Made by a program: the position numbers and the translations under genes. From contig CAZJQG010000001.1 in assembly GCA_964548415.1 (NCBI GenBank), positions 13,680 through 77,679 of the forward strand: 64,000 nt of DNA, in the 5' to 3' direction. Of this stretch, positions 21,381 through 31,980 are shown in pieces. This DNA is from an uncultured Dehalococcoidales bacterium (GTDB taxonomy: Bacteria; Chloroflexota; Dehalococcoidia; GIF9; UBA5629). Every line of letters begins with the position of its first letter. Within the stretch, counting starts at the first letter, position 1. The notes under the pieces were generated by a model, which searched no databases, was not told the DNA's origin, and saw nothing but the letters and a program-made list of their open reading frames with translations.

Positions 21381-22628
21381 ATGCGCATTTGTTTGCTTAG
21401 TTACAGAGGTTATCGTTATTCGGGCGGACAGGGTATCTATGTCCGCTATCTTAGCCGATTCCTTAGAGAACTCGGTCATGATATAGATGTAATTGCGGGG
21501 CCCCCCTACCCAGATCTTGATGACGGCATTAAACTCATAAAATTGCCAAGTCTCGACCTGTATACCCGTTCAGAATTAATGCGTCTTTTTGTAAATCCCG
21601 CAAGACTTAATTCCTCAGCAAACATAGTCGAATGGCTCGGCGAATGCAGCGGCTTCTTCACTGAGCCGCTGACCTTCGGTATGCGAGCCTACAAATATTT
21701 GCGAAACAACAACCACTTTAAAAAATATGACGTCGTACATGATAATCAGAGCTTGTCCTACAGCATCCCGAAAATTCAGGACATTGGAATCCCCGTGGTG
21801 GCTACAATTCATCACCCCATCGCTATCGACCGTGACCTGGCTGTTAAAGCAACCAGGTCTTGGTGGAAAGCCATGGGAATAAAACGCTGGTATTATTTCA
21901 TTAACATGCAAATAAAAGTTTCTAAAAAACTTTCCCAATTCATCACCGGGTCACACAATTCTTATAAACAGGTACTTGATGTCTTTCACATGCCGGAGAA
22001 GAGCCTGCATGTAATTTATGATGGTGTGGACACCTCTGTTTTTCAACGAACATCGAGAAATGGACGATTCAACGACCGGCTGCTGGTAATCAATAGTGGA
22101 GATATACCGCTAAAAGGATTGAAGTATCTATTGGAAGCAGTAGCTGCCCTGAAAACGGAGAGGAAGGTACATCTCACCATTGTGGGGAAACAGGTAAAAA
22201 ACGGCTATACACAAGGACTGGTGGACAGCCTGGGCATAGGCGATTGTGTTGTACATAAAGGACAGGTAGATACTGACGAACTTGTTCGACAGTACTCGGA
22301 GGCTACAATGCTCGTGGTGCCCTCCGTTTACGAAGGTTTTGGCCTGCCCGCTGCCGAGGCCATGTGCTGCAAGACACCGGTTATTTCGACAACCGCCGGC
22401 GCCTTGCCCGAGATCGTAGGAGATGCAGGTATTCTTGTGCCCCCAGCCAACACAAAAGCTTTGGTGGATTCAATATCTGACCTGCTGGATAATCCCGAAA
22501 AGAGACACCAGTTGGGCGAAATGGGATACAAGCGAGTGACCGCTATGTTCGACTGGAGAAATACCGCCCGGCAAACAGCCGATGTCTACAGAGAAGCAAT
22601 CGAGCAACGTAAGGCAGTGGCACAATGA
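21381..22628 (+). CDS. GT4-family glycosyltransferase (paralog 2)
   Basis: About 60% identical to the upstream gene along its whole length (MRICLLSYRGYRYSGGQG...EGFGLPAAEAMCCKTPVISTTAGALPEIV). Start chosen by paralog alignment. Confidence 0.8.
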   Translation: MRICLLSYRGYRYSGGQGIYVRYLSRFLRELGHDIDVIAGPPYPDLDDGIKLIKLPSLDLYTRSELMRLFVNPARLNSSANIVEWLGECSGFFTEPLTFGMRAYKYLRNNNHFKKYDVVHDNQSLSYSIPKIQDIGIPVVATIHHPIAIDRDLAVKATRSWWKAMGIKRWYYFINMQIKVSKKLSQFITGSHNSYKQVLDVFHMPEKSLHVIYDGVDTSVFQRTSRNGRFNDRLLVINSGDIPLKGLKYLLEAVAALKTERKVHLTIVGKQVKNGYTQGLVDSLGIGDCVVHKGQVDTDELVRQYSEATMLVVPSVYEGFGLPAAEAMCCKTPVISTTAGALPEIVGDAGILVPPANTKALVDSISDLLDNPEKRHQLGEMGYKRVTAMFDWRNTARQTADVYREAIEQRKAVAQ

Positions 22629-22650
22629 CATCTACTTTGGAGCAATTCGG

Positions 22651-23682
22651 ATGACGTTAGAACTGGATAATTGCCTTTCTCGAGAGTATCTTCAGCCGAC
22701 TGTTGGGTCCATTGTGACCGTTCAACAGCCTGATGGTGCTATACCGTGGCTCCCGGGCGGAATTATCGACCCGTGGACACACGTTGAAAACGCCATGGCT
22801 CTGGATGTAGGTAAGTTTCACCTGGAAGCGGAACATGCCTACAACTGGCTGTCCGAGAACCAGATGCCCGATGGCAGCTGGTTTGCTACATATCAGGATG
22901 GAAAACCGCTCGATATTTCGAAGGTTTCGCACGGTATTTCATATATTGCCGTAGGCATATGGCACCACTATCTTTCGACGGGGAATATTCCGTTCGTTCA
23001 GAAAATATGGCCATGCGTCCAGGCGGCCATCGACTTCGTTCTGGACATGAGAGGCCCTGCCGGAGAAATTTACTGGGCCAGGGACAGCGCCGGTAAAATC
23101 TATCCTACGGCACTGATAAGCAGTTGCAGTTCAAGCTACTTAAGCATAAAGAGCGCTATGTCGATAGCGTCGCTGTTGGAAGAATGCAGGCCTGACTGGA
23201 AAGAGGCCAATAAAACGCTGGCAAAAGCCATTCAAGACATGCCCTGTATTCTCACCGCGCCAAAAGGGGATAATCCGACTTTTGCCATGGATTGGTATTA
23301 TCCGGCAATGTGCTCCGTCATAAATGGCGACGAGGCCAGGCAGCACCTGTCCAGCGGCTGGGACAAATTTGTTATCGAGGGCATGGGCTCCCTGTGCAGC
23401 CTCGAGCAGGGCTGGGTCACTGCCGCTGAGACCAGCGAACTGGCCATGGCATTGGCAGTGCATGGCGAGTATGAACATTCAACGAGAGTATTTAACTGGA
23501 TTCACCAGATGCGCGATGACGACGGCGCCTACTGGTATGGAATGGCCATACCTGATAACGAAATCTGGCCGCAGGAAAAACCCACCTGGACATCGGCAGC
23601 GGTGGTTCTGGCAGCGGATATGCTCAGGCCGATGTCACCCACCAATTTACTTCTCGATCACCATAGCCCGGCGCCGCTGTAA
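22651..23682 (+). CDS. prenyltransferase / squalene-oxidase-repeat (terpene cyclase-like alpha/alpha toroid) protein
   Basis: QxxDGSW repeat (ENQMPDGSW, DDDGAYWY). The start could be 22582, which overlaps the previous gene. Confidence 0.55.
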   Translation: MTLELDNCLSREYLQPTVGSIVTVQQPDGAIPWLPGGIIDPWTHVENAMALDVGKFHLEAEHAYNWLSENQMPDGSWFATYQDGKPLDISKVSHGISYIAVGIWHHYLSTGNIPFVQKIWPCVQAAIDFVLDMRGPAGEIYWARDSAGKIYPTALISSCSSSYLSIKSAMSIASLLEECRPDWKEANKTLAKAIQDMPCILTAPKGDNPTFAMDWYYPAMCSVINGDEARQHLSSGWDKFVIEGMGSLCSLEQGWVTAAETSELAMALAVHGEYEHSTRVFNWIHQMRDDDGAYWYGMAIPDNEIWPQEKPTWTSAAVVLAADMLRPMSPTNLLLDHHSPAPL

Positions 23683-24297
23683 AATCCCCAGCGTCTTTAT
23701 CATCTCCAGCTCTTCAAAAACGCCCGATTTCAGCGCCAGCTTATATACTTCATATGGAGCCTGCCCACCCTGCGCCGGGTCCAAAAAGATGTCATGAAAT
23801 ACAAGCAAACCGCCGGGCAGGACATGCGGATACCAGCACTCGTAATCGGTTAGCACTGTTTGGTAGCTGTGACCGCCGTCGATGAATACCATACCCAGAG
23901 GTGTCGCCCAATCCCTGGCAGCCACATGAGATTTAGCGACTATCGGTACCACCACTTCCTCTAATCCGGCCTTATCAATCGTGGCACGAAAATATGGAAA
24001 GCTGTTTATTGTTTCTGAGTTTTTGTCCAGCAGTTCGGAATCGAAGTATAGCTGGCCCGGCTGTTGTTCCTCAGAGCCCCGGTGATAATCGATGGAAAAC
24101 AGCGTTCTACCCCGTATTTTGCAGGCCGTCCCCAAGTATACGGTAGACTTACCACAAAAGCTGCCAATCTCCAGGCAGGGACCGATTAAGCAGCCCTGTA
24201 GGGCCAGTTCGTATAGCCTCACCCCCTCGCTCTCATCCAGAAAGCCCTTTATTTCATTAACAAATGCGGGTATGGCTCTTTTATCTTTCTTTTCCAT
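23647..24297 (-). CDS. class I SAM-dependent methyltransferase (TylF/MycF-type O-methyltransferase-like)
   Basis: LEIGSFCGKST SAM-binding motif and VFIDGGHSY. Start taken at MEKKDK. Confidence 0.7.
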   Translation of the reverse strand: MEKKDKRAIPAFVNEIKGFLDESEGVRLYELALQGCLIGPCLEIGSFCGKSTVYLGTACKIRGRTLFSIDYHRGSEEQQPGQLYFDSELLDKNSETINSFPYFRATIDKAGLEEVVVPIVAKSHVAARDWATPLGMVFIDGGHSYQTVLTDYECWYPHVLPGGLLVFHDIFLDPAQGGQAPYEVYKLALKSGVFEELEMIKTLGILQRRRAMVIEK

Positions 24298-24437
24298 GTG
24301 TCCAGAGTATAGCATACCGCTAACTTTAATCCCTATCACCGTCTTTCCGACGGGTTGTAAATGGGCAGAAAGCAACAAAAGCAGTATGGTATGATGCCAC
24401 GACCAGGCTTAAATCCAAAGCGGAGATATCACATCAC

Positions 24438-24569
24438 ATGAAAAAGAAACTGATTAAAGCCACAACTATTATAGTAGCTATTTGTTCAATACCTTTGGCC
24501 GGTTGTACCGGCAAAGAGACCGGGACCACTGATGAAAGTACCGTATCCGGATACGTCGACCTCGCTTGA
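24438..24569 (+). CDS. possible 43-aa lipoprotein (MKKKLIKATTIIVAICSIPLAGC...)
   Basis: Signal peptide plus L-A-G-C lipobox. GGAG 11 nt upstream. Below the ORF-track size cutoff. Confidence 0.3.
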   Translation: MKKKLIKATTIIVAICSIPLAGCTGKETGTTDESTVSGYVDLA

Positions 24570-24710
24570 ATGGGTCAGGGCGAACGGGGAAATAAGTTAA
24601 ACGCTAAAAGCTAAAGGTCAAAAGTTCAGGTTATACGTTAAATGTAAGGCACGGGTAACGGGTCAGCAAAAAGTCTCCCTTTGGAAAGGGAGATTTAGAG
24701 GGATTCTATC
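24570..24710. repeat. copy of the dispersed modular repeat, in reverse-complement orientation to 31291-31366
   Basis: The reverse complement of 24570-24650 aligns closely with 31291-31366 (cgtttaac...ccgttcgccctga modules). 24670-24700 matches the 42041-42083 'ctccctttNNaaagggagatttagagggatt' module. Confidence 0.55.
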
Positions 24711-24712
24711 CT

Positions 24713-25279
24713 TTATTTTCCCAGTACGAGTGACAGAAACTCGGCGCGCGTGGCCGATCGACTCCGGAAAGACCCTCTTGTTGCCGATGTTATAACATTA
24801 CTTCCCGGTTTCTTAATGCCGCGCATGGTCATACATAAATGCTCGGCTTGAATGACCACCGCCACTCCATCGGGCTGTAAAGCCTCGCAAATCGCATCCG
24901 CTATCTGCGAGGTCATCCTCTCCTGTATTTGAAGCCGTTTAGCGAAAATTTCTACCACTCGTGCCAGTTTGCTCACGCCGACCACTCTCCCCTCCTGATT
25001 CGGAATATAGCCCACGTGAGCCACGCCGTAGAACGGCAGCAGGTGATGCTCGCACATCGAGTAAAACGGGATATCTCTAAGTATCACCATTTCACGATGT
25101 CCCACTTCAAAACCAACGGTCAGTTCGGCTTTGGCATCCATATCCAGGCCGGCAAAAAGCTCCTTATACATATCGGCCACGCGCTTGGGTGTATCCCGCA
25201 GGCCCTCCTTTTCCGGTTCCTCGCCAATGGCTTTGATAATGGAACGTACCGCTTTTTGAATTTCTGCTTCGTCTACCAC
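24713..25279 (-). CDS. folE: GTP cyclohydrolase I
   Basis: CEHHLLPF and GxxHxGYIP motifs. Confidence 0.9.
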   Translation of the reverse strand: MVDEAEIQKAVRSIIKAIGEEPEKEGLRDTPKRVADMYKELFAGLDMDAKAELTVGFEVGHREMVILRDIPFYSMCEHHLLPFYGVAHVGYIPNQEGRVVGVSKLARVVEIFAKRLQIQERMTSQIADAICEALQPDGVAVVIQAEHLCMTMRGIKKPGSNVITSATRGSFRSRSATRAEFLSLVLGK

Positions 25280-25306
25280 TGAAGTCTCCTCTCTGGACGA
25301 CCTCGC

Positions 25307-25909
25307 CTATCGCCTTCCGTAAGTTTCGCGGTCAAGTAATCTCTCTGACTCTTTCTTTGTAGTTATGTAAAGTTCTGCGCCCAGATAAAGAGCCGGATTC
25401 AGCTGGCTCAGGTCCAGCGTGCCTTTGGCCGTAAATAAATCATCGCTGAAGTGCACGGCGACTATTTCACCCACCATCCAAGCATGATCGCCGTAAACTT
25501 TAGAATCCACAAGTTTACACTCATAAGCGGCGTAGGCATCTTTAAGTACGGGGGCACTTGTTTTAAACGGTTTCTCTTCAATCATATTGAACCGGCTGAA
25601 CTTATCAATCTGGCTGCCTCCACTGCCTCCTACCGAAGCAATAAGGTCGGCGGACTCGTACGGTACAAAGTTAATACCAAACTCCCCGGATTGCACAATT
25701 AGGTTGTATGTAAATCTCTTAGGCGCCACTGACACGCCGTATAGTGGAGGTTTGAAGGATATTGGACTGTGCCAGGCAGCCGCCATGGCATTCTTCTTGC
25801 CGCCGGCGTTTACCGTAAGTATAGCTACTACCCTGGGATAATGCTGATAGAATTCACCAACTTCGCCTTTAACTAATTTCGCCACTGGTCTCCCCCTATT
25901 TTGCGGCAA
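25307..25909 (-). CDS. flavin reductase-like FMN-binding protein
   Basis: Split-barrel flavin reductase pattern (VAILTVNAGGKKNAMAAAWHSP). Confidence 0.7.
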   Translation of the reverse strand: MPQNRGRPVAKLVKGEVGEFYQHYPRVVAILTVNAGGKKNAMAAAWHSPISFKPPLYGVSVAPKRFTYNLIVQSGEFGINFVPYESADLIASVGGSGGSQIDKFSRFNMIEEKPFKTSAPVLKDAYAAYECKLVDSKVYGDHAWMVGEIVAVHFSDDLFTAKGTLDLSQLNPALYLGAELYITTKKESERLLDRETYGRR

Positions 25910-25915
25910 CTGGAA

Positions 25916-26983
25916 TTAATGCCAGCCCAGTGCTCTCCCAACCGCTTTTATATCAGCTGGCAATTCCGGGAATGGCTCGGCAAACTTGGCCGGCAAACTG
26001 GGGTCTTTCAGACCGCTGCCGGTGATAATACATACCACCTTTTTCCCGGAAAGGTTAAGTCCCTTAGAAGTCATTTTGATAAGACCGGCTACCGATGCTG
26101 CCGACGCCGGTTCGCCGAAGACGCCTTCTTTTCTGGCCAGCAGCTTGTAAGCAGCCACAATCTCATCGTCGGTTACGGAATCGATTATTCCTCCCGATTC
26201 ATCCCGGGCCGCTACTGCGCTCTGCCAGCTGGCAGGATTGCCGATACGAATGGCTGTGGCCAGAGTTTTCGGCTTGTCGACTACCTTTCCTCTGACAATT
26301 GGCGCGGCTCCGGCAGCCTGAAAGCCCATCATTTTCGGAGTCTGCCCGGCTTTGCCGGAACTGTTATATTCCAGGAAACCTTTCCAGTAGGCAGTGATAT
26401 TGCCGGCGTTGCCCACCGGAATAAAAAAGTAGTCCGGAGCGTTGCCCAGAGCATCTACAATCTCAAAAGCGGCCGTCTTTTGGCCCTGAATCCGGTTTGG
26501 ATTGACCGAATTGACCAGAGTCACCGGATGTTTTTCAGCCAGGCTGCGTACTATCTGCAGCGCCTGGTCGAAGTTTCCCTGAATGGCAATAATCCTGGCG
26601 CCGTAGGCTATGGCCTGTGCCATCTTACCCAGCGCTATCTTGCCCTTCGGGACCATTACGACTACATCCAGGCCGAATCTGGCACCATAAGCGGCCGCTG
26701 AAGCGCTGGTATTTCCCGTAGAAGCGCAGATAACGCTGCGACTGCCCTCTTCGACGGCTTTGGCTATGGCCACGACCATACCCCGGTCCTTGAACGAACC
26801 GGTTGGATTACAGCCTTCCAGCTTAAAATATAGCTCCCCGCAGCCGAGTTCCTTTTCTAAGAAAAGCGACCTCAACAGCGGGGTACTGCCCTCGCCCAGA
26901 GTTATCATGGGCGTGGCTGCTGTAACCGGCAGAAAATCGCGGTATCGGAATAAAACGCCGCGTTCCATATTATTCGGCCTCAA
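25916..26983 (-). CDS. thrC: threonine synthase
   Basis: PLP lysine motif [16 protein letters not shown]. Overlaps hom by 14 nt. Confidence 0.9.
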   Translation of the reverse strand: MRPNNMERGVLFRYRDFLPVTAATPMITLGEGSTPLLRSLFLEKELGCGELYFKLEGCNPTGSFKDRGMVVAIAKAVEEGSRSVICASTGNTSASAAAYGARFGLDVVVMVPKGKIALGKMAQAIAYGARIIAIQGNFDQALQIVRSLAEKHPVTLVNSVNPNRIQGQKTAAFEIVDALGNAPDYFFIPVGNAGNITAYWKGFLEYNSSGKAGQTPKMMGFQAAGAAPIVRGKVVDKPKTLATAIRIGNPASWQSAVAARDESGGIIDSVTDDEIVAAYKLLARKEGVFGEPASAASVAGLIKMTSKGLNLSGKKVVCIITGSGLKDPSLPAKFAEPFPELPADIKAVGRALGWH

Positions 26984-28271
26984 CCCTGACGAAATTGCTG
27001 ATCTCTTTGACCACGCCCAGCTTCTGCGTCTCTTTGAGCGCCTTCTGTACTGCCTGTTCCTCGGCCGGATGGGTCATTATTACGATTTCCGCCAGCCGAG
27101 TTGAGGTGTCCGTCTCCTTCTGAATCACTGACGATATGCTGATGGCATGGTCGCCTAATATCTTAGATATCTGTGCCAGCACACCCGGCTGGTCATTAAC
27201 GCTCATCCTCATATAGTAGCGGGTCTTTATACCATCCATAGGAATAACCTTGCGGTGGGTGGCAAAAGGCAGCCGCGGAACGGTAGGCTTACCGCTGTTT
27301 ATATCCTGAGCGATTTTGATTATGTCCGAGACCACGGCGCTGGAAGTTGCTCTTGCCCCGGCGCCCTGTCCGTAAAAAATAACCGGACCCACCAGGTCGC
27401 CCTCTACCAGTATGGCATTGAAAACACCGTCTACTTTAGCCAGAAGCGAGTCCTCCGATATAAATACCGGGTGTACGCGGGCTTCTATGGAATCATCGGT
27501 CCGCTTGGCGATTGCCAGTAGCTTTATAGCATAGCCCAGCTCGCGGGCATAACGGAAATCACGTGCTTTCAACCGTGAGATACCCTCATGAAACACGTTT
27601 TCCGGCTTTACCTCGGTACCGAAAGCTATAGTAGTTAGTATAGCCAGCTTATAAGCTGCGTCGATGCCCTCCACGTCATTGGTGGGGTCGGCTTCGGCAT
27701 AGCCCAATTTCTGTGCGTTCTTCAAAGCTACCGAGAAGTCCAGCCCTTCTTTGGCCATCCTGGTTAGAATATAGTTAGTGGTGCCGTTAACGATGGCGTA
27801 GATGGCTGAGACGTCGTTGGCTATCAAGTCTTCCTGAAACGGGGTGATCAGTGGAATGCCTCCGCCCACACTGGCCTCATATCGTATAACGACATGATTA
27901 TCGCGGGCTGCGGTCAGCAGTTCCGCCCAGTGCTTCGACATTACCTCTTTATTAGCGGTGACCACATGCTTGCCGCGGGTCAGCGCCTCTTTCATGAACT
28001 CGAAAGCGGGATGTTCACCGCCCATCAGCTCTACAACTATGTCTATGCCAGGTTCCTGCACCAGGTCTTCAACTCTGGTGGTGAAAATAGCGCGGTCGAG
28101 CCCCGAAGCTCCGTGCTTCGATACGTCTTTTTCCAGGACCTTCTTGAGCACCAGCGCGCTGCCCGCTTCCCTGGCCAGAGTATCCGGTTTTTCGAGAAGC
28201 ACCTTGACCACACCGGTCCCGATTACCCCGATGCCCATAAGCCCTATATTGATGCTTTTTCTGCCTGCCAT
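26970..28271 (-). CDS. hom: homoserine dehydrogenase with C-terminal ACT domain
   Basis: N-terminal [12 protein letters not shown] motif, catalytic region and ACT domain. Confidence 0.9.
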   Translation of the reverse strand: MAGRKSINIGLMGIGVIGTGVVKVLLEKPDTLAREAGSALVLKKVLEKDVSKHGASGLDRAIFTTRVEDLVQEPGIDIVVELMGGEHPAFEFMKEALTRGKHVVTANKEVMSKHWAELLTAARDNHVVIRYEASVGGGIPLITPFQEDLIANDVSAIYAIVNGTTNYILTRMAKEGLDFSVALKNAQKLGYAEADPTNDVEGIDAAYKLAILTTIAFGTEVKPENVFHEGISRLKARDFRYARELGYAIKLLAIAKRTDDSIEARVHPVFISEDSLLAKVDGVFNAILVEGDLVGPVIFYGQGAGARATSSAVVSDIIKIAQDINSGKPTVPRLPFATHRKVIPMDGIKTRYYMRMSVNDQPGVLAQISKILGDHAISISSVIQKETDTSTRLAEIVIMTHPAEEQAVQKALKETQKLGVVKEISNFVRVEAE

Positions 28272-28277
28272 TTCAAT

Positions 28278-29561
28278 TTATCCCCTGCTTTTAACGACCA
28301 GGTCTATAGCCCAGCTTTTTTGCTGATCGGTCATTACCGTATTCACAACATCAGTGTTCATTTTCTCCATAAGCCAGTTTTGAAAAAGCCCGCTGATTAA
28401 TGTCTGCCGGGTATTGTTATCCAGCGTTTTATTATCATCCCTGTCTATCACCTTGACCACCCAATAACCACCGATAGTTTTTACGCTGCTATCGGCAGCC
28501 GGTTCACTTACGTCTCCGACTCCGAGTGGCATAGCCAGCCCAAGGACAGTTCTGTTGGAGATCGTAGCTTCTCCAGTCCAACCTAATTCCCCGGCAAGAC
28601 TGGCGCTATCATAATCTTGCGAATAGCTCTTAACCAGTCCGGCAAAATCCTCTCCGGCGAGTATCTTTTCTCTAATAACATCGGCATCATGCCGGCTGCC
28701 GGTTAGAATACCCCGCACGTAGTTGCCCTTTGTTGGGTCGGTTTCGGTCACCTGCACTACCCAGTAACCGACAGACTTGCTGACCGTGCCATCGAACGTG
28801 GGCTGACTGACTTCTCCGGCCTGCAATGTAAAGGGGATATCCTTTAACGCTGAGTTACCCAGACTACCCAGCAGTAGATAGGCGAAGTCCTTGGGCAGCC
28901 AGCCGAGATTCCCTCCCGCAGCTTTAGTCAGTGGCTCCAGGTCGTATTCGTCAACAAGAGCCGTAAAATTATCTCCCGCAGCCGCTTTAGCTCTGGCTTT
29001 ATCGGCTATGTCCTGGCTTTCTACGAATAACGCCTGGGCGTTAACCTGTTCTACGCTGGCAGGTATTTGCTTGTCGAAATGGTTTTGGATCAGCTTACTC
29101 GCCACTATTTGCGCCTCAATGGCGTCACGGTTTGGCTGATTATCGGTCCATCCATTGGACTCAAGCGCTGTGTCTATCTCGTCTTTAGTGGCGCTGATAC
29201 CCAGCTCCGGTGCATACTTAACCAGTGCCTGGTTAGACCGAATAAAATTTATAGTCTGGTCTGCCGCACTGGAAACCTGGCTACTATCCGTACCGGTGGT
29301 GGTCATCTTGGCGTATGCACTTAGAGATTTCACATAATAATCCATATTATAGGTGACGCCGTTTATGGTAACCGCAGTCTGGTGATAGGGTTTAATTTGC
29401 TCAGTCCAGAATGCCCATCCCAAAAAACCAATCAGCGCCGCCAGAAATACAGCGCCCGCTATATAAATGATATGCTGAATTCGCTCCTGGCGCCTGTGCC
29501 TGGATAACTGCCTTCTGGTAGGCACATGCTTGACTTCGATACTATCGCGTTTTTTAGCCAA
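28278..29561 (-). CDS. membrane-anchored peptidyl-prolyl cis-trans isomerase (SurA/PrsA-like, parvulin domains)
   Basis: N-terminal TM helix and two parvulin-like segments (GGNLGWLPKD..., ELGWTGEATI...). Confidence 0.65.
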   Translation of the reverse strand: MAKKRDSIEVKHVPTRRQLSRHRRQERIQHIIYIAGAVFLAALIGFLGWAFWTEQIKPYHQTAVTINGVTYNMDYYVKSLSAYAKMTTTGTDSSQVSSAADQTINFIRSNQALVKYAPELGISATKDEIDTALESNGWTDNQPNRDAIEAQIVASKLIQNHFDKQIPASVEQVNAQALFVESQDIADKARAKAAAGDNFTALVDEYDLEPLTKAAGGNLGWLPKDFAYLLLGSLGNSALKDIPFTLQAGEVSQPTFDGTVSKSVGYWVVQVTETDPTKGNYVRGILTGSRHDADVIREKILAGEDFAGLVKSYSQDYDSASLAGELGWTGEATISNRTVLGLAMPLGVGDVSEPAADSSVKTIGGYWVVKVIDRDDNKTLDNNTRQTLISGLFQNWLMEKMNTDVVNTVMTDQQKSWAIDLVVKSRG

Positions 29562-29584
29562 CTTAGCTTCTCCTAATTAAAATC

Positions 29585-29645
29585 CCTTTCTAACAAATTT
29601 CCCCCTTTCAGAAGGGGGATCGAAGGGGAAATCTCCCGTATATCC
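29585..29645. repeat. 'cccccttt...aaggggga' hairpin repeat module
   Basis: ccccctttcagaaggggg hairpin plus ggggaaatctccc. The same module type occurs at 34775-34860 and 41985-42085. Confidence 0.45.
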
Positions 29646-29711
29646 TAGCCAATTTGCCAGATTGTTTCAAATATCGACTTATGATACCATAATGACTGAG
29701 CCAAAGCCACG

Positions 29712-29788
29712 CGGGGTGTAGCGCAGCCTGGTAGCGCACCTGAATGGGGTTCAGGTGGTCGTCGGTTCAAATCCGACCACCCCGACCA
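29712..29788 (+). tRNA. tRNA-Pro (anticodon GGG), CCA encoded
   Basis: Manual cloverleaf: acceptor CGGGGUG/CACCCCG. D stem GCGC. Anticodon stem CCUGA/UCAGG. Loop AUGGGGU. T arm GUCGG-UUCAAAU-CCGAC. Confidence 0.85.
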
Positions 29789-29874
29789 TTTATTCCCGGT
29801 GACATGTCCTGTAACACTTCTCCGTAATTTTCGTATATTATGTTAGTCAACCGGATAAAGGGAGGTAGGTAGAT

Positions 29875-31206
29875 ATGAAATACAGTGCCCCGGTATCGAT
29901 AATTCTGGTTGCCGTCCTTCTTATAGGCGGCATGTCCTGCGTGGTGCCTCCGACACCGCCCTCTCCACCGCAGGGACAGGAATTGCAATCTGACAAACAA
30001 AGAATCACTTCGCCTGTAGCCAGCCAGGTCGACCTGGCAACCCTGGTAGACGGCAACAACGACTTCGCCTTCGAGGCTTATCAGACAATTAAGGGCGACG
30101 GCAACGTGTTCTTTTCACCCTACAGCATTTCCATCGCGCTGGCTATGACCTATGCCGGCGCCAGAAACAGCACCGAACAGCAGATGGCTGATACACTTCA
30201 CTTCACCCTGCCGCAGGACCGGCTGCATCCCGTATTCAATAGCCTCGATTTGGAACTAGCCCAGCGCGGCCAGGGCGCTAAAGGTAAGGACGATAAAGGA
30301 TTCAGGCTGAACATCGTTAACGCGCTCTGGGCTGAGAAAGACTTCACCTTTTTACAGACCTTCCTGGATACGCTGGCACAGAACTACGGCGCCGGCATCC
30401 GGCTGCTTGATTTTAAGAACGCCCCCGAGCCTGCACGCCTGACCATAAACGACTGGGTCAGCGAACAGACGGAAGGCAAGATCAAGGACTTGATTCCACA
30501 GGGCGCTATCAATGCTCTGACCCGGCTTGTTCTGACCAACGCCATCTATTTCAATGCTGCCTGGCAGAACGCCTTCTCCAAGAACAACACCAGCGACGGC
30601 ACCTTCCATTTACGGAATTCCGGCGAGGTTACGGTACCCATGATGCACCAGACCGACCGTTTCACTTACACCGAGGGCACGGACTATCAGGCGGTAGAGC
30701 TGCCCTATGACGGCCGCGAGCTGTCTATGGTGGTCCTGCTGCCTAAAGAGGGCCAGTTCAACGCCTTCGAAAGTTCGCTTGACGCCGGCAAAGTCGATGC
30801 CATTGTTCAAGGCCTGGAAGGCAAAGAAGTCCAGCTGACGATGCCCAGGTGGGAGTTCACTTCCAGCTTCGGTTTAAATGCAGCTCTGGGCGATTTAGGT
30901 ATGCCGGTAGCTTTTGTGCCGCCCGTTTCCAGTGGTTGCACTCCACAGCAAGCCAATTTCTCCGGCATGGACGGCACCTGCGACCTGTACATATCCGACG
31001 TAATCCATAAGGCGTTTATCTCAGTCGATGAGACGGGTACCGAGGCAGCCGCCGCCACCGCAGTCATTGTGGGAGTTACCAGTATGCCGATGCCCGAGGA
31101 AACCGTCGTCATGACCATCGACCGGCCGTTCATATTCCTGATACGTGATATCCAGACCGGCACCATCCTGTTCCTCGGCCGCGTCATGGACCCGGAAAAT
31201 AAGTAA
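29875..31206 (+). CDS. serpin-family serine protease inhibitor, lipoprotein signal
   Basis: Serpin fold signatures (NAIYFNAAW, reactive-centre hinge GTEAAAATAV, FIFLIRD). N-terminal signal with GGMSC lipobox. Confidence 0.85.
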   Translation: MKYSAPVSIILVAVLLIGGMSCVVPPTPPSPPQGQELQSDKQRITSPVASQVDLATLVDGNNDFAFEAYQTIKGDGNVFFSPYSISIALAMTYAGARNSTEQQMADTLHFTLPQDRLHPVFNSLDLELAQRGQGAKGKDDKGFRLNIVNALWAEKDFTFLQTFLDTLAQNYGAGIRLLDFKNAPEPARLTINDWVSEQTEGKIKDLIPQGAINALTRLVLTNAIYFNAAWQNAFSKNNTSDGTFHLRNSGEVTVPMMHQTDRFTYTEGTDYQAVELPYDGRELSMVVLLPKEGQFNAFESSLDAGKVDAIVQGLEGKEVQLTMPRWEFTSSFGLNAALGDLGMPVAFVPPVSSGCTPQQANFSGMDGTCDLYISDVIHKAFISVDETGTEAAAATAVIVGVTSMPMPEETVVMTIDRPFIFLIRDIQTGTILFLGRVMDPENK

Positions 31207-31209
31207 AAA

Positions 31210-31600
31210 ATCAAATATCAAAAGGCAAAAGTACAGATAAAAGTTTAAAATGGAAAATATTTCAAACTAATTTGCAGTGCAATTGTCAACTTTTAACGTT
31301 TAACCTGAACCTTTGACTTTTAGCTTTTAACGTTTAACTTATTTCTCCGTTCGCCCTGAGCTTGTAGACAGGGGCTTTACCCCCCACTGAGATTCTTCGC
31401 GGAGTTTATCCTGAGGAGATTTATTGACGAAGGGCTCAGAATGACACGTCACTGCCTCGTCATTGCGAGTCCTTCCTGCATAGGAAGGACGTGGCAATCT
31501 CATCATTCTCAGCCAACGGATCGAATTGCTGAAAACCGTTTCCGCTATGGTTCGACAAGCTCACCACGAGCGGATTCTAAGTTGGGTTTTTGGTTTAAGT
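31210..31600. repeat. composite block of dispersed repeat modules: cgtttaac/ccgttcgccctgagc, cttcgcggagtttatcc, gtccttcc...ggaaggac hairpin, ggttcgacaagctcaccacgagcgg
   Basis: Each module recurs elsewhere in the window (24570-24650, 34994-35066, 35140-35206, 41870-41935) in either orientation. Confidence 0.6.
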
Positions 31601-31797
31601 ACTTATCTGCCCGAACTTGTAAGCTTCAATTACCAGGTCCACGATATACCAGATTCCTAAACCGCCACAGGTGATCAGCTTGACCACACCCAGTGCCACC
31701 TCACCCTTGTAAAACCTGTCCAAACCCAAATAGCCTGCCACAAAGGATATGATCAGTATCGTTAGCTGCCGTTTATATTCATTCTTCGCTGCCATAA
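31595..31797 (-). CDS. TM2 domain-containing small membrane protein
   Basis: GYLGLDRFYKGEVALGVVKLITCGGLGIWYIVD is a TM2 signature. Start taken at MAAKNEY after a GAGGAGG RBS. Confidence 0.65.
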
Positions 31798-31980
31798 TAG
31801 CCTCCTCTGGTTTTATCAGCTGGTCATACAAGCAGTTTAGTCTATATAAACGCCATTGTAAAATTCAGCAAAAATATTTTTGGCTTCTGATTTTTGTATT
31901 TTGGTCTTTTGTTTCTTTCCCCATTATAAAAAAGGGGTATGAAGGGGGTTTGCTTAAACTGAATACCCGAAGGCCGAGGG

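Noticed and set aside
29767-30059. Minus-strand ORFs overlapping the tRNA-Pro 3' region and the serpin start.
   Set aside because: They overlap a confident tRNA and a confident CDS with a strong RBS. No motifs.
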